Part shown: positions 49,227 through 58,515 of the stretch, in pieces
Layout: each line of letters opens with the position of its first letter
How positions within the stretch are numbered: position 1 is the stretch's first letter
DNA from: a virus
Taxonomy: Duplodnaviria; Caudoviricetes
Strand: one strand, 5' to 3'
IMG/VR virus record: IMGVR_UViG_651703101_000001
Span: 1-64,000 of that record
DNA: 64,000 nucleotides
Made by a program: the position numbers and the translations under genes
The notes under the pieces: model-generated
The model's database searches: none
The model's input: the letters and a program-made list of their open reading frames with translations, nothing else
What the model was told of the DNA's origin: nothing

Positions 49227-50636
49227 ATGTCTACACACCAACTTATGGAGAAGTGGGCTCCTATTCTGGATCATCAAGATTTGCCAAAAATCACCGATCC
49301 ATATAGAAGAGCCGTAACATCTCAACTCCTAGAAAACCAAGAAAAGTTCCTTAGAGAACAGGCTGCTATGGGACAATCCCAGGGCCTATTCCTTGCCGAA
49401 GCCCCAACCAACTCTGTTGGTGCTGATGGTTTCCAAGGTTCCGCAGCTGCTACCGGACCTGTTGCTGGTTTCGACCCAGTTCTGATCTCTTTGATTAGAC
49501 GTTCGATGCCTAATCTTGTAGCTTATGACGTATGTGGCGTTCAGCCAATGAGTGGTCCTACCGGACTGATCTTCTCCATGCGTTCAACCTACAATGATCA
49601 GAACGGAAACGAAGCTCTATTCGATGAACCTGATGTTGGTTTCTCTGGTTCACAAGGTGCCGCAACTGGTGCTACTCCTACTGAGAGCAACCCTGGTCTA
49701 CTTGCAACTGTAGGTTCTGCTCCTGGTACTACTCCAGACGGTTCTAACCCTGGTGGTGCTAACTACGATCCACTTCTTTCCAACATGGATGGAATGGGTA
49801 AGGATATCCTTGAAGGACTTGGAGAATCTGCTGGTTCTGCATTCCGTCAAATGGGATTCATGATCGATAAGACCACTGTTTCAGCAAAGGGTCGTGCTCT
49901 GAAAGCTCAATACTCCATGGAGCTTGCACAAGATCTTCGTGCTATTCAAGGTCTTGATGCTGAAGCAGAATTGGCTAACATTCTGTCTTCCGAAATCCTT
50001 GCAGAAATCAACCGTGAAATCATTCGTACCGTTTACCGTACTGCGGTTCCTGGTGCTCAGAACAACGTTGTAACTGCTGGTACTTTCGACCTCGATACTG
50101 ACTCCAACGGTCGTTGGGCTGTTGAGAAGTTCAAAGGACTTCTATTCCAAATCGAAAGAGACTTGAACGCTATCGGACAACAAACTCGTCGTAACAAGGG
50201 TAATCTTATCATCTGTTCTGCAGACGTTGCTTCTGCTCTAACCATGGCAGGTGTTCTTGATTACACTCCAGCTCTAAATGCAAACCTCGATGTTGATGAC
50301 ACCGGTAACTGCTTCGCTGGAACTATCAACAAGAAGTTGAAAGTCTTCATCGACCCATACTCTGCAAACATCTCCAATACCCACTACTACGTGGCTGGTT
50401 ATAAGGGTACTAATGCATATGACGCTGGACTATTCTATTGTCCATATATTCCTCTACAAATGGTAAGATCAGTTACTGCTGATACCTTCCAACCAAATAT
50501 CGGATTCAAGACCCGTTATGGTTTGGTCGCTAACCCATTCGCTGAAGGACGTAAGGAGCAAAACCAAGGTCTCGGTCGTCTATCTGATAACACCAACCGT
50601 TACTACAGACGTGTTCGTATCACCAACCTAATGTGA
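49227..50636 (+). CDS. gp23: Major capsid protein gp23
   Basis: EKWAPIL, LLENQE, FDPVLISLIRR.MPNL, GVQPMSGPTGLIF, ELAQDL, EINRE, GYKG...DAGLFYCPY and GFKTRYG. Confidence 0.99.
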   Translation: MSTHQLMEKWAPILDHQDLPKITDPYRRAVTSQLLENQEKFLREQAAMGQSQGLFLAEAPTNSVGADGFQGSAAATGPVAGFDPVLISLIRRSMPNLVAYDVCGVQPMSGPTGLIFSMRSTYNDQNGNEALFDEPDVGFSGSQGAATGATPTESNPGLLATVGSAPGTTPDGSNPGGANYDPLLSNMDGMGKDILEGLGESAGSAFRQMGFMIDKTTVSAKGRALKAQYSMELAQDLRAIQGLDAEAELANILSSEILAEINREIIRTVYRTAVPGAQNNVVTAGTFDLDTDSNGRWAVEKFKGLLFQIERDLNAIGQQTRRNKGNLIICSADVASALTMAGVLDYTPALNANLDVDDTGNCFAGTINKKLKVFIDPYSANISNTHYYVAGYKGTNAYDAGLFYCPYIPLQMVRSVTADTFQPNIGFKTRYGLVANPFAEGRKEQNQGLGRLSDNTNRYYRRVRITNLM

Positions 50637-50654
50637 GTTAGGTTACATCTCATC

Positions 50655-50677
50655 AAGGGGGCTTCGGCCCCCTTTTT
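50655..50677 (+). terminator. Rho-independent terminator with UUCG tetraloop after gp23
   Basis: aaggggg-cttcgg-ccccc-ttttt. Confidence 0.9.
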
Positions 50678-50705
50678 GTTTCTAAATAAAGAAAATAGAA
50701 GTAGT

Positions 50706-51380
50706 ATGGCAGTTCAATCAGATTCAAGTTCTTTACCACCAAGATCACAAACAGTTGGAATAGAGAATCGTAATTTTCTATCACCAATTGGATTTAAATT
50801 CACAATTAATAGACTTAAGGGTGTAGATTTCTTTTGTCAGTCAGCTACAGTTCCTGGTATTAGTATGGGGGCCCCAAGTACAGGAACACGTTTCAACAAA
50901 ATATATCACCCTGGGGATGAACTAGAATATGATGAGCTCTACATCAAATTTCTAGTTGATGAAAACATGAAGAACTATATTCAGGTTCATGATTGGATGA
51001 GAGAAATAACTACACCATATTCCAGTTCAGAGTTTGCATTCAATAGATCAGCAATTCAAAGTCAAAATCCGATTCGTAGAAGAGTAGAAGAGCCACCGTC
51101 TCTACTCGACAATCAGTGGAAATCGGACTGTTCTCTTTTTGTTCTATCTTCAAATTATGCTCCAGTTGCGGAATTTGTATTCAGAGATGCGTTCCCGGTA
51201 GCACTGACACCATTGAATTTCGATTCTTCCATAGAAGATGTGAACTACTTTACGTCAGAAATTAGAATTCGTTACAATTACTTCGATCCATATGTCTGTC
51301 GAGCAGCAACAGCCACAGACTCCTCAATGAAGACGGATTACTACACATCAGAGAAGGGAGTTGACCTTGACGTAGGTTGA
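50706..51380 (+). CDS. gp3: Tail tube terminator/completion protein gp3
   Basis: NRNFLSP.GFKF, FFCQSA..PGI, PGD.L.Y, FLVDENM.NY...HDW and F.DAFP..L; ATG at 50706 after late promoter 50683-50688. Confidence 0.9.
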   Translation: MAVQSDSSSLPPRSQTVGIENRNFLSPIGFKFTINRLKGVDFFCQSATVPGISMGAPSTGTRFNKIYHPGDELEYDELYIKFLVDENMKNYIQVHDWMREITTPYSSSEFAFNRSAIQSQNPIRRRVEEPPSLLDNQWKSDCSLFVLSSNYAPVAEFVFRDAFPVALTPLNFDSSIEDVNYFTSEIRIRYNYFDPYVCRAATATDSSMKTDYYTSEKGVDLDVG

Positions 51381-51395
51381 AACCAGTGATAGACT
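51367..51395 (+). promoter_or_regulatory. Sigma70-type (early) promoter for uvsY
   Basis: TTGACG-N17-TAGACT with extended -10 TG. Confidence 0.7.
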
Positions 51396-51416
51396 GAGCA
51401 ATAAAAGATCTCAGTT

Positions 51417-51842
51417 ATGGACCTCAAAACAATACAAGACTGGTGGAAAGAAGACTCAAAAATTGACGAAGTTCTTTTAGACGAATCATCTCTTAAGATC
51501 CCTAGACTTCATCAAAAATATCTGACTCTCTACAACGAATTCACAATCGGCCAAAAGAGAAAAGCACAACAACTTAAGAAACTCCGTCATAGTAAATACC
51601 TTTACTATTCTGGAAAGGCAGATCCACAAATTTATGTGGCCAATCCATTCCCGCATAGACTTCTGAAGACTGACGTTCAAGAATGGATCGGTGTAGATGA
51701 TGAGGTTGCTGCAGTAGAGATGGAATTAGAATATTATAATACAACGGTTGCTGCACTAGATAACATCCTTAAACAGATTCATCAAATGAGTTTTAATATA
51801 AAGAATGCCATCGAGTGGAGAAAATTCACCTCTGGTGGTTGA
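51417..51842 (+). CDS. uvsY: Recombination mediator UvsY
   Basis: W..DS.ID...L..ESL.IP.LH.KY, YYSGKA and F.IKNAIEW.KF..G. Confidence 0.93.
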   Translation: MDLKTIQDWWKEDSKIDEVLLDESSLKIPRLHQKYLTLYNEFTIGQKRKAQQLKKLRHSKYLYYSGKADPQIYVANPFPHRLLKTDVQEWIGVDDEVAAVEMELEYYNTTVAALDNILKQIHQMSFNIKNAIEWRKFTSGG

Positions 51843-51873
51843 AACTAAATAGTAGTAGAATATATTATTTGTC

Positions 51874-53367
51874 ATGACAGTCATTCTTCAAAAGAAAAAT
51901 GAGTGCGAAGTCTTTATTGATGCCCCTCAACATATACTGTATGAGTTACAAGAATCTTTTTCTTTTGACGTAGATGGTGCCAGTTTTTCACCAGCATACA
52001 GAAAGAAATATTGGGACGGTAAAATAAGATTAGTAAACATCACAAAACAAACTATTCCAGCTGGTCTAATCTATCGTCTATGTAAGTGGCTAGACAAACA
52101 CCAATACGAGTGGGAATTTAAGAATAATGAGTTCTACGGAACTCCATATGAAATCGATGAAAAGATTCACTACGAAGGTGTTAAGCTTTTCATGGAAAAG
52201 ATTTCAACTAAGACACCTAGAGAATATCAAGTACAGAGTGTTTATCAAGCTCTAAAAGAATATAGAAAAACTATTCTTTCACCAACGGCATCCGGTAAAT
52301 CATTGATGATTTATTCTATATGTCGTTATATGAAAACGATTGGCAATCGAACTCTTTTGGTTGTACCTACGAAGGCACTTGTCGAGCAAATGACAAAAGA
52401 CTTTGAAGAGTACGGTTGGGATACTGAAGAAAACGTTCATAAAATTTATGAAGGTCATTCTATTCAAACTAAGGCACCAGTTACAATTTCAACTTGGCAA
52501 TCGATTTACACACTTGATAAGAACTGGTTTAGGCAATTTGACTGTGTAGTTGCTGACGAGTGTCATCAATACAAGGCAAAATCTATTCAAGGAATTATCA
52601 AGAAATGTCCAGATGCTAAATGGAAATATGGATTCACTGGAACTTTAGATGGAAAGAACGTTAACAAGTTAATCCTTGAAGGTCTTTTTGGGCCCATCTA
52701 TACAACAACAACTTATGCAGAACTGATGGAAAATGATTTCATCGCAAAGCTTAAGGTTCAAATCATCACACTCAAACACGATTATAAAAAGTTCAATACT
52801 TACAATGATGAGATTGAATATCTGTTCGAGCATGAAGGTAGGAATCAATTTATTGTTGATCTTGTACAACGTCTAAAAGGAAACGTTCTGATACTATTCT
52901 CTAGAGTAGATGGCCATGGAATTCCCTTAGAAGATAAGTTTAAAAGTGTAACTAATCGTCCTGTACACATTATTCATGGAGATGTAAAAGTAGACGTAAG
53001 AGAAGAAGTTCGATCTATCGCTGAATCAAGCGATAACAACATTATTCTTGGATCTTATGGAACTATGTCAACTGGTGTAAACATTAAAAATTTACATCAT
53101 GTTGTATTTGCATCACCATCTAAATCCAGAATCCGTGTACTACAAACGATTGGAAGGGGCCTCAGAAAAGGCAAGAATAAAGAAAGATGTATGATTTATG
53201 ACATTGCTGATGATCTTCGTGGCCACACTCAGAGAAATAACTACACTCTCAATCATCTAATCGAAAGAATCAATTACTATGTGAATGAATCATTTGAATA
53301 TCAGATGTTTGAACTACGAGTACCGGACTCCCAATCAGACATAAATACCAATACATTATTTCCATGA
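51874..53367 (+). CDS. uvsW: UvsW SF2 helicase
   Basis: WDGKIRL, PTASGKS, DECH, TGT, STGVNI and QTIGRGLR; late promoter at 51846-51851. Confidence 0.96.
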   Translation: MTVILQKKNECEVFIDAPQHILYELQESFSFDVDGASFSPAYRKKYWDGKIRLVNITKQTIPAGLIYRLCKWLDKHQYEWEFKNNEFYGTPYEIDEKIHYEGVKLFMEKISTKTPREYQVQSVYQALKEYRKTILSPTASGKSLMIYSICRYMKTIGNRTLLVVPTKALVEQMTKDFEEYGWDTEENVHKIYEGHSIQTKAPVTISTWQSIYTLDKNWFRQFDCVVADECHQYKAKSIQGIIKKCPDAKWKYGFTGTLDGKNVNKLILEGLFGPIYTTTTYAELMENDFIAKLKVQIITLKHDYKKFNTYNDEIEYLFEHEGRNQFIVDLVQRLKGNVLILFSRVDGHGIPLEDKFKSVTNRPVHIIHGDVKVDVREEVRSIAESSDNNIILGSYGTMSTGVNIKNLHHVVFASPSKSRIRVLQTIGRGLRKGKNKERCMIYDIADDLRGHTQRNNYTLNHLIERINYYVNESFEYQMFELRVPDSQSDINTNTLFP

Positions 53368-53780
53368 AAATGAATGAGCCCTTTTTTGCAACTCTTAAGT
53401 TGACAACGGGTGAAGAGGTTTTGGCAGAAGTAGTGCACGAAATTGATAAAAATACTGGAGATGATTTCTTTGTTGTTTCAAACCCTATAGTTATTAACGA
53501 AACAACAAAGATCGATTACCAAAGAGGTGCCATAGTTTCAGGACTGGTACCAAAGAAATGGATGCTATACGCAAATGATGATATGGCAATTGTACATAAA
53601 CACCATGTCATTTCTGTTTCCGAACTTGACAAGTTTGGTATTGAATTTTATTTCAATGCACTTAAAGTTGCTAGAATATCCTCACCAATTAAAAGAAATA
53701 TTAAATCTACAGAAAATAGTGGATTTATTGGTGATGTAACTACATCACGACAATTCTTAGAAAAGATATACAATCTATAA
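53364..53780 (+). CDS. Conserved hypothetical protein following uvsW (Sm-like KL.TGEEV motif)
   Basis: FFATLKLTTGEEVLA...NP...W and C-terminal LEKIY; typical cyanophage synteny. Confidence 0.75.
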   Translation: MKMNEPFFATLKLTTGEEVLAEVVHEIDKNTGDDFFVVSNPIVINETTKIDYQRGAIVSGLVPKKWMLYANDDMAIVHKHHVISVSELDKFGIEFYFNALKVARISSPIKRNIKSTENSGFIGDVTTSRQFLEKIYNL

Positions 53781-53804
53781 ATATATGTAAACTGTCAAAT
53801 AGTC

Positions 53805-54089
53805 ATGTCAATACAAAAACCAGAACATGTCATTTGGCAAGAACGTCTATTCTATGTGGTCATCATATTGATTATCTATCAGATGTCAATTTATGCTATG
53901 ACCACTCTTTCTTGTAATTATAATTACATCTTTAAAGATAAACCAATAAGTAATGATAAAATCTGTCTAGCTACGGCTCAAGATACCACGTCTGCAGCAA
54001 AAGATTACATTACTTTAGTTCTTGCTTTGATATCCAAAGTTCCTGAGAACAAAGAAAATGAAAGGAAGGATAAAGAGGATAACCCTTAA
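53805..54089 (+). CDS. Small membrane protein
   Basis: LFYVVIILIIYQMSIYAM hydrophobic helix, two Cys, charged tail; late promoter at 53778-53783. Confidence 0.6.
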   Translation: MSIQKPEHVIWQERLFYVVIILIIYQMSIYAMTTLSCNYNYIFKDKPISNDKICLATAQDTTSAAKDYITLVLALISKVPENKENERKDKEDNP

Positions 54090-54130
54090 AGCTTATTAAT
54101 ATAGCTAGCCTTCTTCTTAGCGACACTAAG

Positions 54131-54159
54131 AGTGTAACGCTTTTAGAGTGGCCTGTCAA
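54131..54159 (-). promoter_or_regulatory. Leftward sigma70-type promoter with no downstream sense gene
   Basis: Reverse complement reads TTGACA-N17-TACACT. Confidence 0.6.
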
Positions 54160-54327
54160 GGGCCATTACCTTTTGTTACAATTTCAACACAGACTCAATT
54201 CGTCAGTCTGGAGTCAACTACCACGTTCGTTCTCGCACGTGCGCTAGACTCCCTAGCACGTCCTAGGGTCTTCCGACTTACTATCCTACCCTCACAAGAT
54301 CCGTGCGCTACAGAGTCTCGCTCAGCG

Positions 54328-54356
54328 TTGACACAAACGTTAAAGACCTTTATAAT
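54328..54356 (+). promoter_or_regulatory. Consensus sigma70 promoter for gp55
   Basis: TTGACA-N17-TATAAT, perfect match. Confidence 0.9.
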
Positions 54357-54379
54357 AAAATAACACTTACATAATTATT

Positions 54380-54874
54380 ATGAATGAATTTAAACCAGAG
54401 GTAGTAAAGAAAAGAAGAAAGAACAATTTTCTTGACAATAAACTTTTCTATTCCGAGTTGATCAACTATAAGATCGAGTGCACCAGGGCTAAGGAAGAGG
54501 GAAGAGATAAACCAAGAATCCCCAAGTATATTGGTAAGTGCTTATTTGATATTGCAAATCACTTGTCACAAAGACCGAACTTTTCAAACTATATCTTTAG
54601 AGAAGATATGGTCATGGATGCGGTAGAGAATTGTGTGATTTATGTTTCTTCATTCGATCCAGAGAAATCTAAGAATCCATTTGCATACTTCACTCAAGTC
54701 TGTTGGTATGCATTCATCCGTAGAATTGGAAAAGAAAAGAAACAGATAGCCATCTGTGACAAAATTATTGAACGTTCTGGGTTTGAGCAATTCTTTACTT
54801 CTGATGAAGGTGGATCCTCTTCAGACTACAATAGTATCAAAGATGCCGTCGAACAAAGACAGAAGGGCAGATAA
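54380..54874 (+). CDS. gp55: Late-transcription sigma factor gp55
   Basis: N..F...L..Y, YIG.C...IA..LS..PNF.NY.FREDM..D.VENC..Y and FDPEKS.NPFAYFTQ..YAF.RRI.KEKKQ. Confidence 0.97.
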   Translation: MNEFKPEVVKKRRKNNFLDNKLFYSELINYKIECTRAKEEGRDKPRIPKYIGKCLFDIANHLSQRPNFSNYIFREDMVMDAVENCVIYVSSFDPEKSKNPFAYFTQVCWYAFIRRIGKEKKQIAICDKIIERSGFEQFFTSDEGGSSSDYNSIKDAVEQRQKGR

Positions 54875-54891
54875 ATAGAATAAAGATAATT

Positions 54892-56970
54892 ATGGATCCG
54901 TTACAAGAACTTTATCAATTATACGAAGCTGAACTTCAACCAAAAGTAAAACCTAAAACTCCCGTAAAAGTAAAACCTAAGGTTGAGTTGGATGAACCAG
55001 AAGGTGCACCACCAAATGCAATAGTAAAAGGATTGAGTAAAGGATTGGATGCACTGGCAGCAGATCTTAAAGGTGGTCCTACACCAAAAGAAACATCTAC
55101 CGCGGTTGCAAATCCTAAGTTACAGGATCCAAATCCAATGGTAGGAACTCCACAGGAGAAAGAATCAGAAGTAGATCCTGACGGAACTCCTACCATTGGA
55201 TCTTCACCAGAATTTGTTCATCCTGAAGCAGAAAGAAATCAAAGAACACAAGATGCAATTAAACAGGGGTTGTCTCCTGAAGATGCCTTTGCGGCCGAGT
55301 ATGGAAAGGAACCAACACCTAGAGACGCTGACGAGTATGCAAAATACTTGGCTGCCTATACTAATGACAAACAGAAGAACATTCCAAAACCAGATGAAGA
55401 TAGTGAGTCTATTTTCGGTAAGGACGTAAACGATAATAATCTTACTCCCGAAGAGCAAGAACTAGAAGCAGAAGAACAAAGAAGGGACGCCGCATTAAAT
55501 AGTGAAAATCCAGAAGAGGTTGCGTTAGAAATTCAAAATATTGAAGACGAAAACTATGATTGGAATTTAGAACTTGACAAGTATAAAACTGATAGTCTAG
55601 AGGATCTTGCTAAGACAAAAGAAATAACAGATAGAATTCGTAAAAACAATGACAAACTGTTTGCGGCTGTAAGGGAACAACTTGCAAATATTCCATCTGA
55701 GGCGAACCGAAAGTCATTCATACAATCAATGATTCACGCAAGAACCTTTGAAGGTAGAAATAACAGCGGAAAGGGTAAGAACCAACTAGGTTATGTTGAT
55801 GTGCAAAATCTTCTTGCCAACCGAAACAGACTGGTTGAGGGTTATGGTGATGGTAGTCCAGAAGCAATAGAAAAGTTTGTAAGAAGTGCCAGATCTATAG
55901 AAGTGAGTGACGACTTCGTAGCAGCTTCATATGAAGTTCTACCGGAAAAGTTTAAGAGCGCACTTAAGGGTAAGGGGAAGGTAAGTAGTGATGCTAAATT
56001 CAAAGATATTCACTTCTTGGGGTATGACAAAGACGGGAAGGAAAAAAGAGGTCAGGCGACCACAAATGATAGAGCCCGTTTAATTTGGAAGTTATATCTT
56101 GAACAGGGGGGAGTTGACGCATATACCGGTCTACCTCTAAATCTAGAATCAATTGACCTTGAACATGTTCGCGGTTTTAACAACAAAGATGGTGGTATAC
56201 CAACGGATGAAGATTATAAAAATAGAGAACACGAAAAGAATATGGTTTTAGTTGCTTCAAATGTGAACCAGATGAAGAAAGAAATGAATATGGAGGATTT
56301 TGTCAAAAAGCATGTGGATGTGAAAAAAGACTGGACCGAAGAACAATATGGTGGAGACTCTGCCATGTATGATCGTCAAAATCAAATTCTTAGTGAAAGT
56401 GTTCAATTTGCAAAAAGTCTTGTACAAGATGGTGTTTTTTCAAAGGACATCACACCAGAACTCATTAAAGATTATTTTATGATGGATGATACCAAATACT
56501 CTCAGGCAAAAAATGAGATTATAGGATCTGGAACTCTTACCAAACAACAAAAGACAAGACTTCAAACAATGAAATCTCAACTCGGTAAGGAATTAATCAG
56601 TGCACTGGGTCTTGCAAGAGGTACCGCCGACCCATCAGGTAGAAGAAGCACCTCATTCCCAGTTGACAACTATTATCGTGGATTTATCTATTCTATGGTA
56701 AAGGCTGGTCCAGAAGAGTATGAAAGATACAAAAATGGCTGGAAGGCTGCGATCGCTGCTGCGAACGAATCCAGAAGTAAGAAGGATGCGACTAGAGTTC
56801 TGAAGGAACTTGGACTCATCGATGAAGAAATTCTAAATGATAGAAAACTAGGTAGAGTCTTTAGAGAAGATTACGATTGGACGGAAGAACTGGCACAACC
56901 CATCTTGACGGAAGAACTGGAAATGTGGTACTATGACTTAGATTATCTGAGAACCTATGGCAGAGCATAA
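54892..56970 (+). CDS. 692-aa protein with a disordered N-terminus and a Cas9-type HNH nuclease-like domain
   Basis: KLYLEQGGVDAYTGLPL...IDLEHV...NMVLVASNVNQMK; late promoter at 54872-54877. Confidence 0.65.
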   Translation: MDPLQELYQLYEAELQPKVKPKTPVKVKPKVELDEPEGAPPNAIVKGLSKGLDALAADLKGGPTPKETSTAVANPKLQDPNPMVGTPQEKESEVDPDGTPTIGSSPEFVHPEAERNQRTQDAIKQGLSPEDAFAAEYGKEPTPRDADEYAKYLAAYTNDKQKNIPKPDEDSESIFGKDVNDNNLTPEEQELEAEEQRRDAALNSENPEEVALEIQNIEDENYDWNLELDKYKTDSLEDLAKTKEITDRIRKNNDKLFAAVREQLANIPSEANRKSFIQSMIHARTFEGRNNSGKGKNQLGYVDVQNLLANRNRLVEGYGDGSPEAIEKFVRSARSIEVSDDFVAASYEVLPEKFKSALKGKGKVSSDAKFKDIHFLGYDKDGKEKRGQATTNDRARLIWKLYLEQGGVDAYTGLPLNLESIDLEHVRGFNNKDGGIPTDEDYKNREHEKNMVLVASNVNQMKKEMNMEDFVKKHVDVKKDWTEEQYGGDSAMYDRQNQILSESVQFAKSLVQDGVFSKDITPELIKDYFMMDDTKYSQAKNEIIGSGTLTKQQKTRLQTMKSQLGKELISALGLARGTADPSGRRSTSFPVDNYYRGFIYSMVKAGPEEYERYKNGWKAAIAAANESRSKKDATRVLKELGLIDEEILNDRKLGRVFREDYDWTEELAQPILTEELEMWYYDLDYLRTYGRA
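56905..56934 (+). promoter_or_regulatory. Sigma70-type promoter for gp47, embedded in the 3' end of the upstream ORF
   Basis: TTGACG-N18-TACTAT with TG extended -10. Confidence 0.6.
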
Positions 56971-58003
56971 TAAAGTTGCAATCATTACTGATACTCACTT
57001 TGGTCTTCGTAAAGGATCTCAAATCTTTCATGATTACTTTGAAGACTTCTATAAGAATGTCTTCTTTCCGAAACTAGATGAACTCGGAATTGATACTGTA
57101 ATTCATATGGGAGATGTTTTCGATGTTCGTAAAGGTATCGATTACTGGAGCTTGGCCTGGTCTAAGCGTGTGTTCTTTGACGAACTTGTAAAAAGAAATA
57201 TCGAGACTCATATCATTGTAGGGAATCATGATATCTTCTATAAGACTTCATTGAAGATTCATTCTCCAGGTCTTAATCTTACTGAGTATCCAAACATCAC
57301 AACATACGATACTCCACAAGTCGCCACAATCAAGAGCCAAGAAGTCTTTATGATTCCGTGGATTTGTGAAGATAATGTCGAACAATTTACAAAAATACTA
57401 GGCACCACTAACTCTAAGTTAGCAATGGGTCACTTAGAGATTAGCGGATTTTATGCAAACCAAAACTACCAATGTACTACTGGAATTGATGCTCACATCT
57501 TTTCTAGTTTTGAGAGAGTCTTTTCAGGACATTTCCACAAGAAGAATACCACTGGTAATATTACATATCTTGGGAACCCTTATCAGTTGTATTGGAGCGA
57601 CGAAGGTGATGTCCGTGGTTTTCATATTTTTGATTTGGGGACTATGGATTTGGATTTTGTGCCCAATCCTTATCGCATGTATAGTAAGATCTACTATAAT
57701 GATACCAAGAAGCAAAAGATTAATCTAGAAGATTACGAAAAGACATATATCAAGTTGATTGTAGAAAAGAGCTCTAGTCAAAAGAAGTTAACTGAACTAA
57801 TTGACAATCTATACTCTAAAGGAATTCATGATCTTAAAGTCATTGAAACTTTTGATATCAAGATTGATGATGATGTGGAAATTGAATCCGAGGATACTTT
57901 GACTTCCATTGGCAAGTACATTTATGCCATGGAAGATTCTTTTGATAAAGAGCAGATATTAAATATTATGAAATCTCTTTATGTAGAATCACAAGAGGTA
58001 TAA
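56957..58003 (+). CDS. gp47: Recombination endonuclease subunit gp47 (SbcD/Mre11-like)
   Basis: DTHFG, GDVFD.R, GNHD, GHLE, SGHFH and YLGNPY metallophosphoesterase motifs. Confidence 0.96.
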   Translation: MAEHNKVAIITDTHFGLRKGSQIFHDYFEDFYKNVFFPKLDELGIDTVIHMGDVFDVRKGIDYWSLAWSKRVFFDELVKRNIETHIIVGNHDIFYKTSLKIHSPGLNLTEYPNITTYDTPQVATIKSQEVFMIPWICEDNVEQFTKILGTTNSKLAMGHLEISGFYANQNYQCTTGIDAHIFSSFERVFSGHFHKKNTTGNITYLGNPYQLYWSDEGDVRGFHIFDLGTMDLDFVPNPYRMYSKIYYNDTKKQKINLEDYEKTYIKLIVEKSSSQKKLTELIDNLYSKGIHDLKVIETFDIKIDDDVEIESEDTLTSIGKYIYAMEDSFDKEQILNIMKSLYVESQEV

Positions 58004-58300
58004 ATGTTTCTTTTAACAAGAGAAAAAGATAATCTGACATCTGGTGCATACGCCAGTGTTGATGTGGATGGATTGACAGTTATTCAGTTCTTTAAAAATA
58101 AGGACGATGCTGAGTTTTATAAAACTCAACTAGAGGCCCTCGACCATCAATTGCACGTTTCTCAATTACCAGATGATCAAGTTGATATTATGTGTGATAG
58201 TTTAGGCTATGCATATAGCATCGTAGAACCAGGGGAAATCGTATATCCAAAACTAGAAACTATGCAATTTACACTCGCCCAAATGTTGGGCCTCCGATAA
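58004..58300 (+). CDS. Conserved hypothetical protein between gp47 and gp46
   Basis: GAYA......FF..KDDA..Y...L and C...Y.Y..V.P...V.P pattern seen in cyanophages. Confidence 0.7.
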   Translation: MFLLTREKDNLTSGAYASVDVDGLTVIQFFKNKDDAEFYKTQLEALDHQLHVSQLPDDQVDIMCDSLGYAYSIVEPGEIVYPKLETMQFTLAQMLGLR

Positions 58301-58302
58301 TT

Positions 58303-58515
58303 ATGCTTGAAACTAACATCATTCCAGACAATACTGACTATAAAAAATTATATCTAGAATTAATTTACTTAGTTCAGTGTAAATGGCCAGGCGAAACCAG
58401 ACATGAAACTGCAGCTCGTTATATTCAACAGGCAGAAAATCAAAATAATTCTTCACAACTTCCAACAATGAGTCCAGACGAACCTCCTTTCTACACACCT
58501 CTAAGTTCCCAATGA
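58303..58515 (+). CDS. Small hypothetical protein
   Basis: Y.ELIY.V..K.PGETRHETA.RYI..AE motif; ATGA overlap with gp46. Confidence 0.6.
   Translation: MLETNIIPDNTDYKKLYLELIYLVQCKWPGETRHETAARYIQQAENQNNSSQLPTMSPDEPPFYTPLSSQ

Noticed and set aside
38371-53367. Introns or inteins in gp17, gp20, gp23 or uvsW
   Set aside because: All are continuous ORFs of ordinary length with no intein C/HN motifs
54148-54363. 71-aa ORF in the gp55 upstream gap
   Set aside because: GTG start with no RBS, atypical composition, and overlaps both promoters; more likely non-coding
54892-56970. Calling the HNH protein Cas9 or IscB
   Set aside because: No RuvC-I/II/III motifs, bridge helix, PLMP motif or array is recognisable; only the HNH-like segment matches
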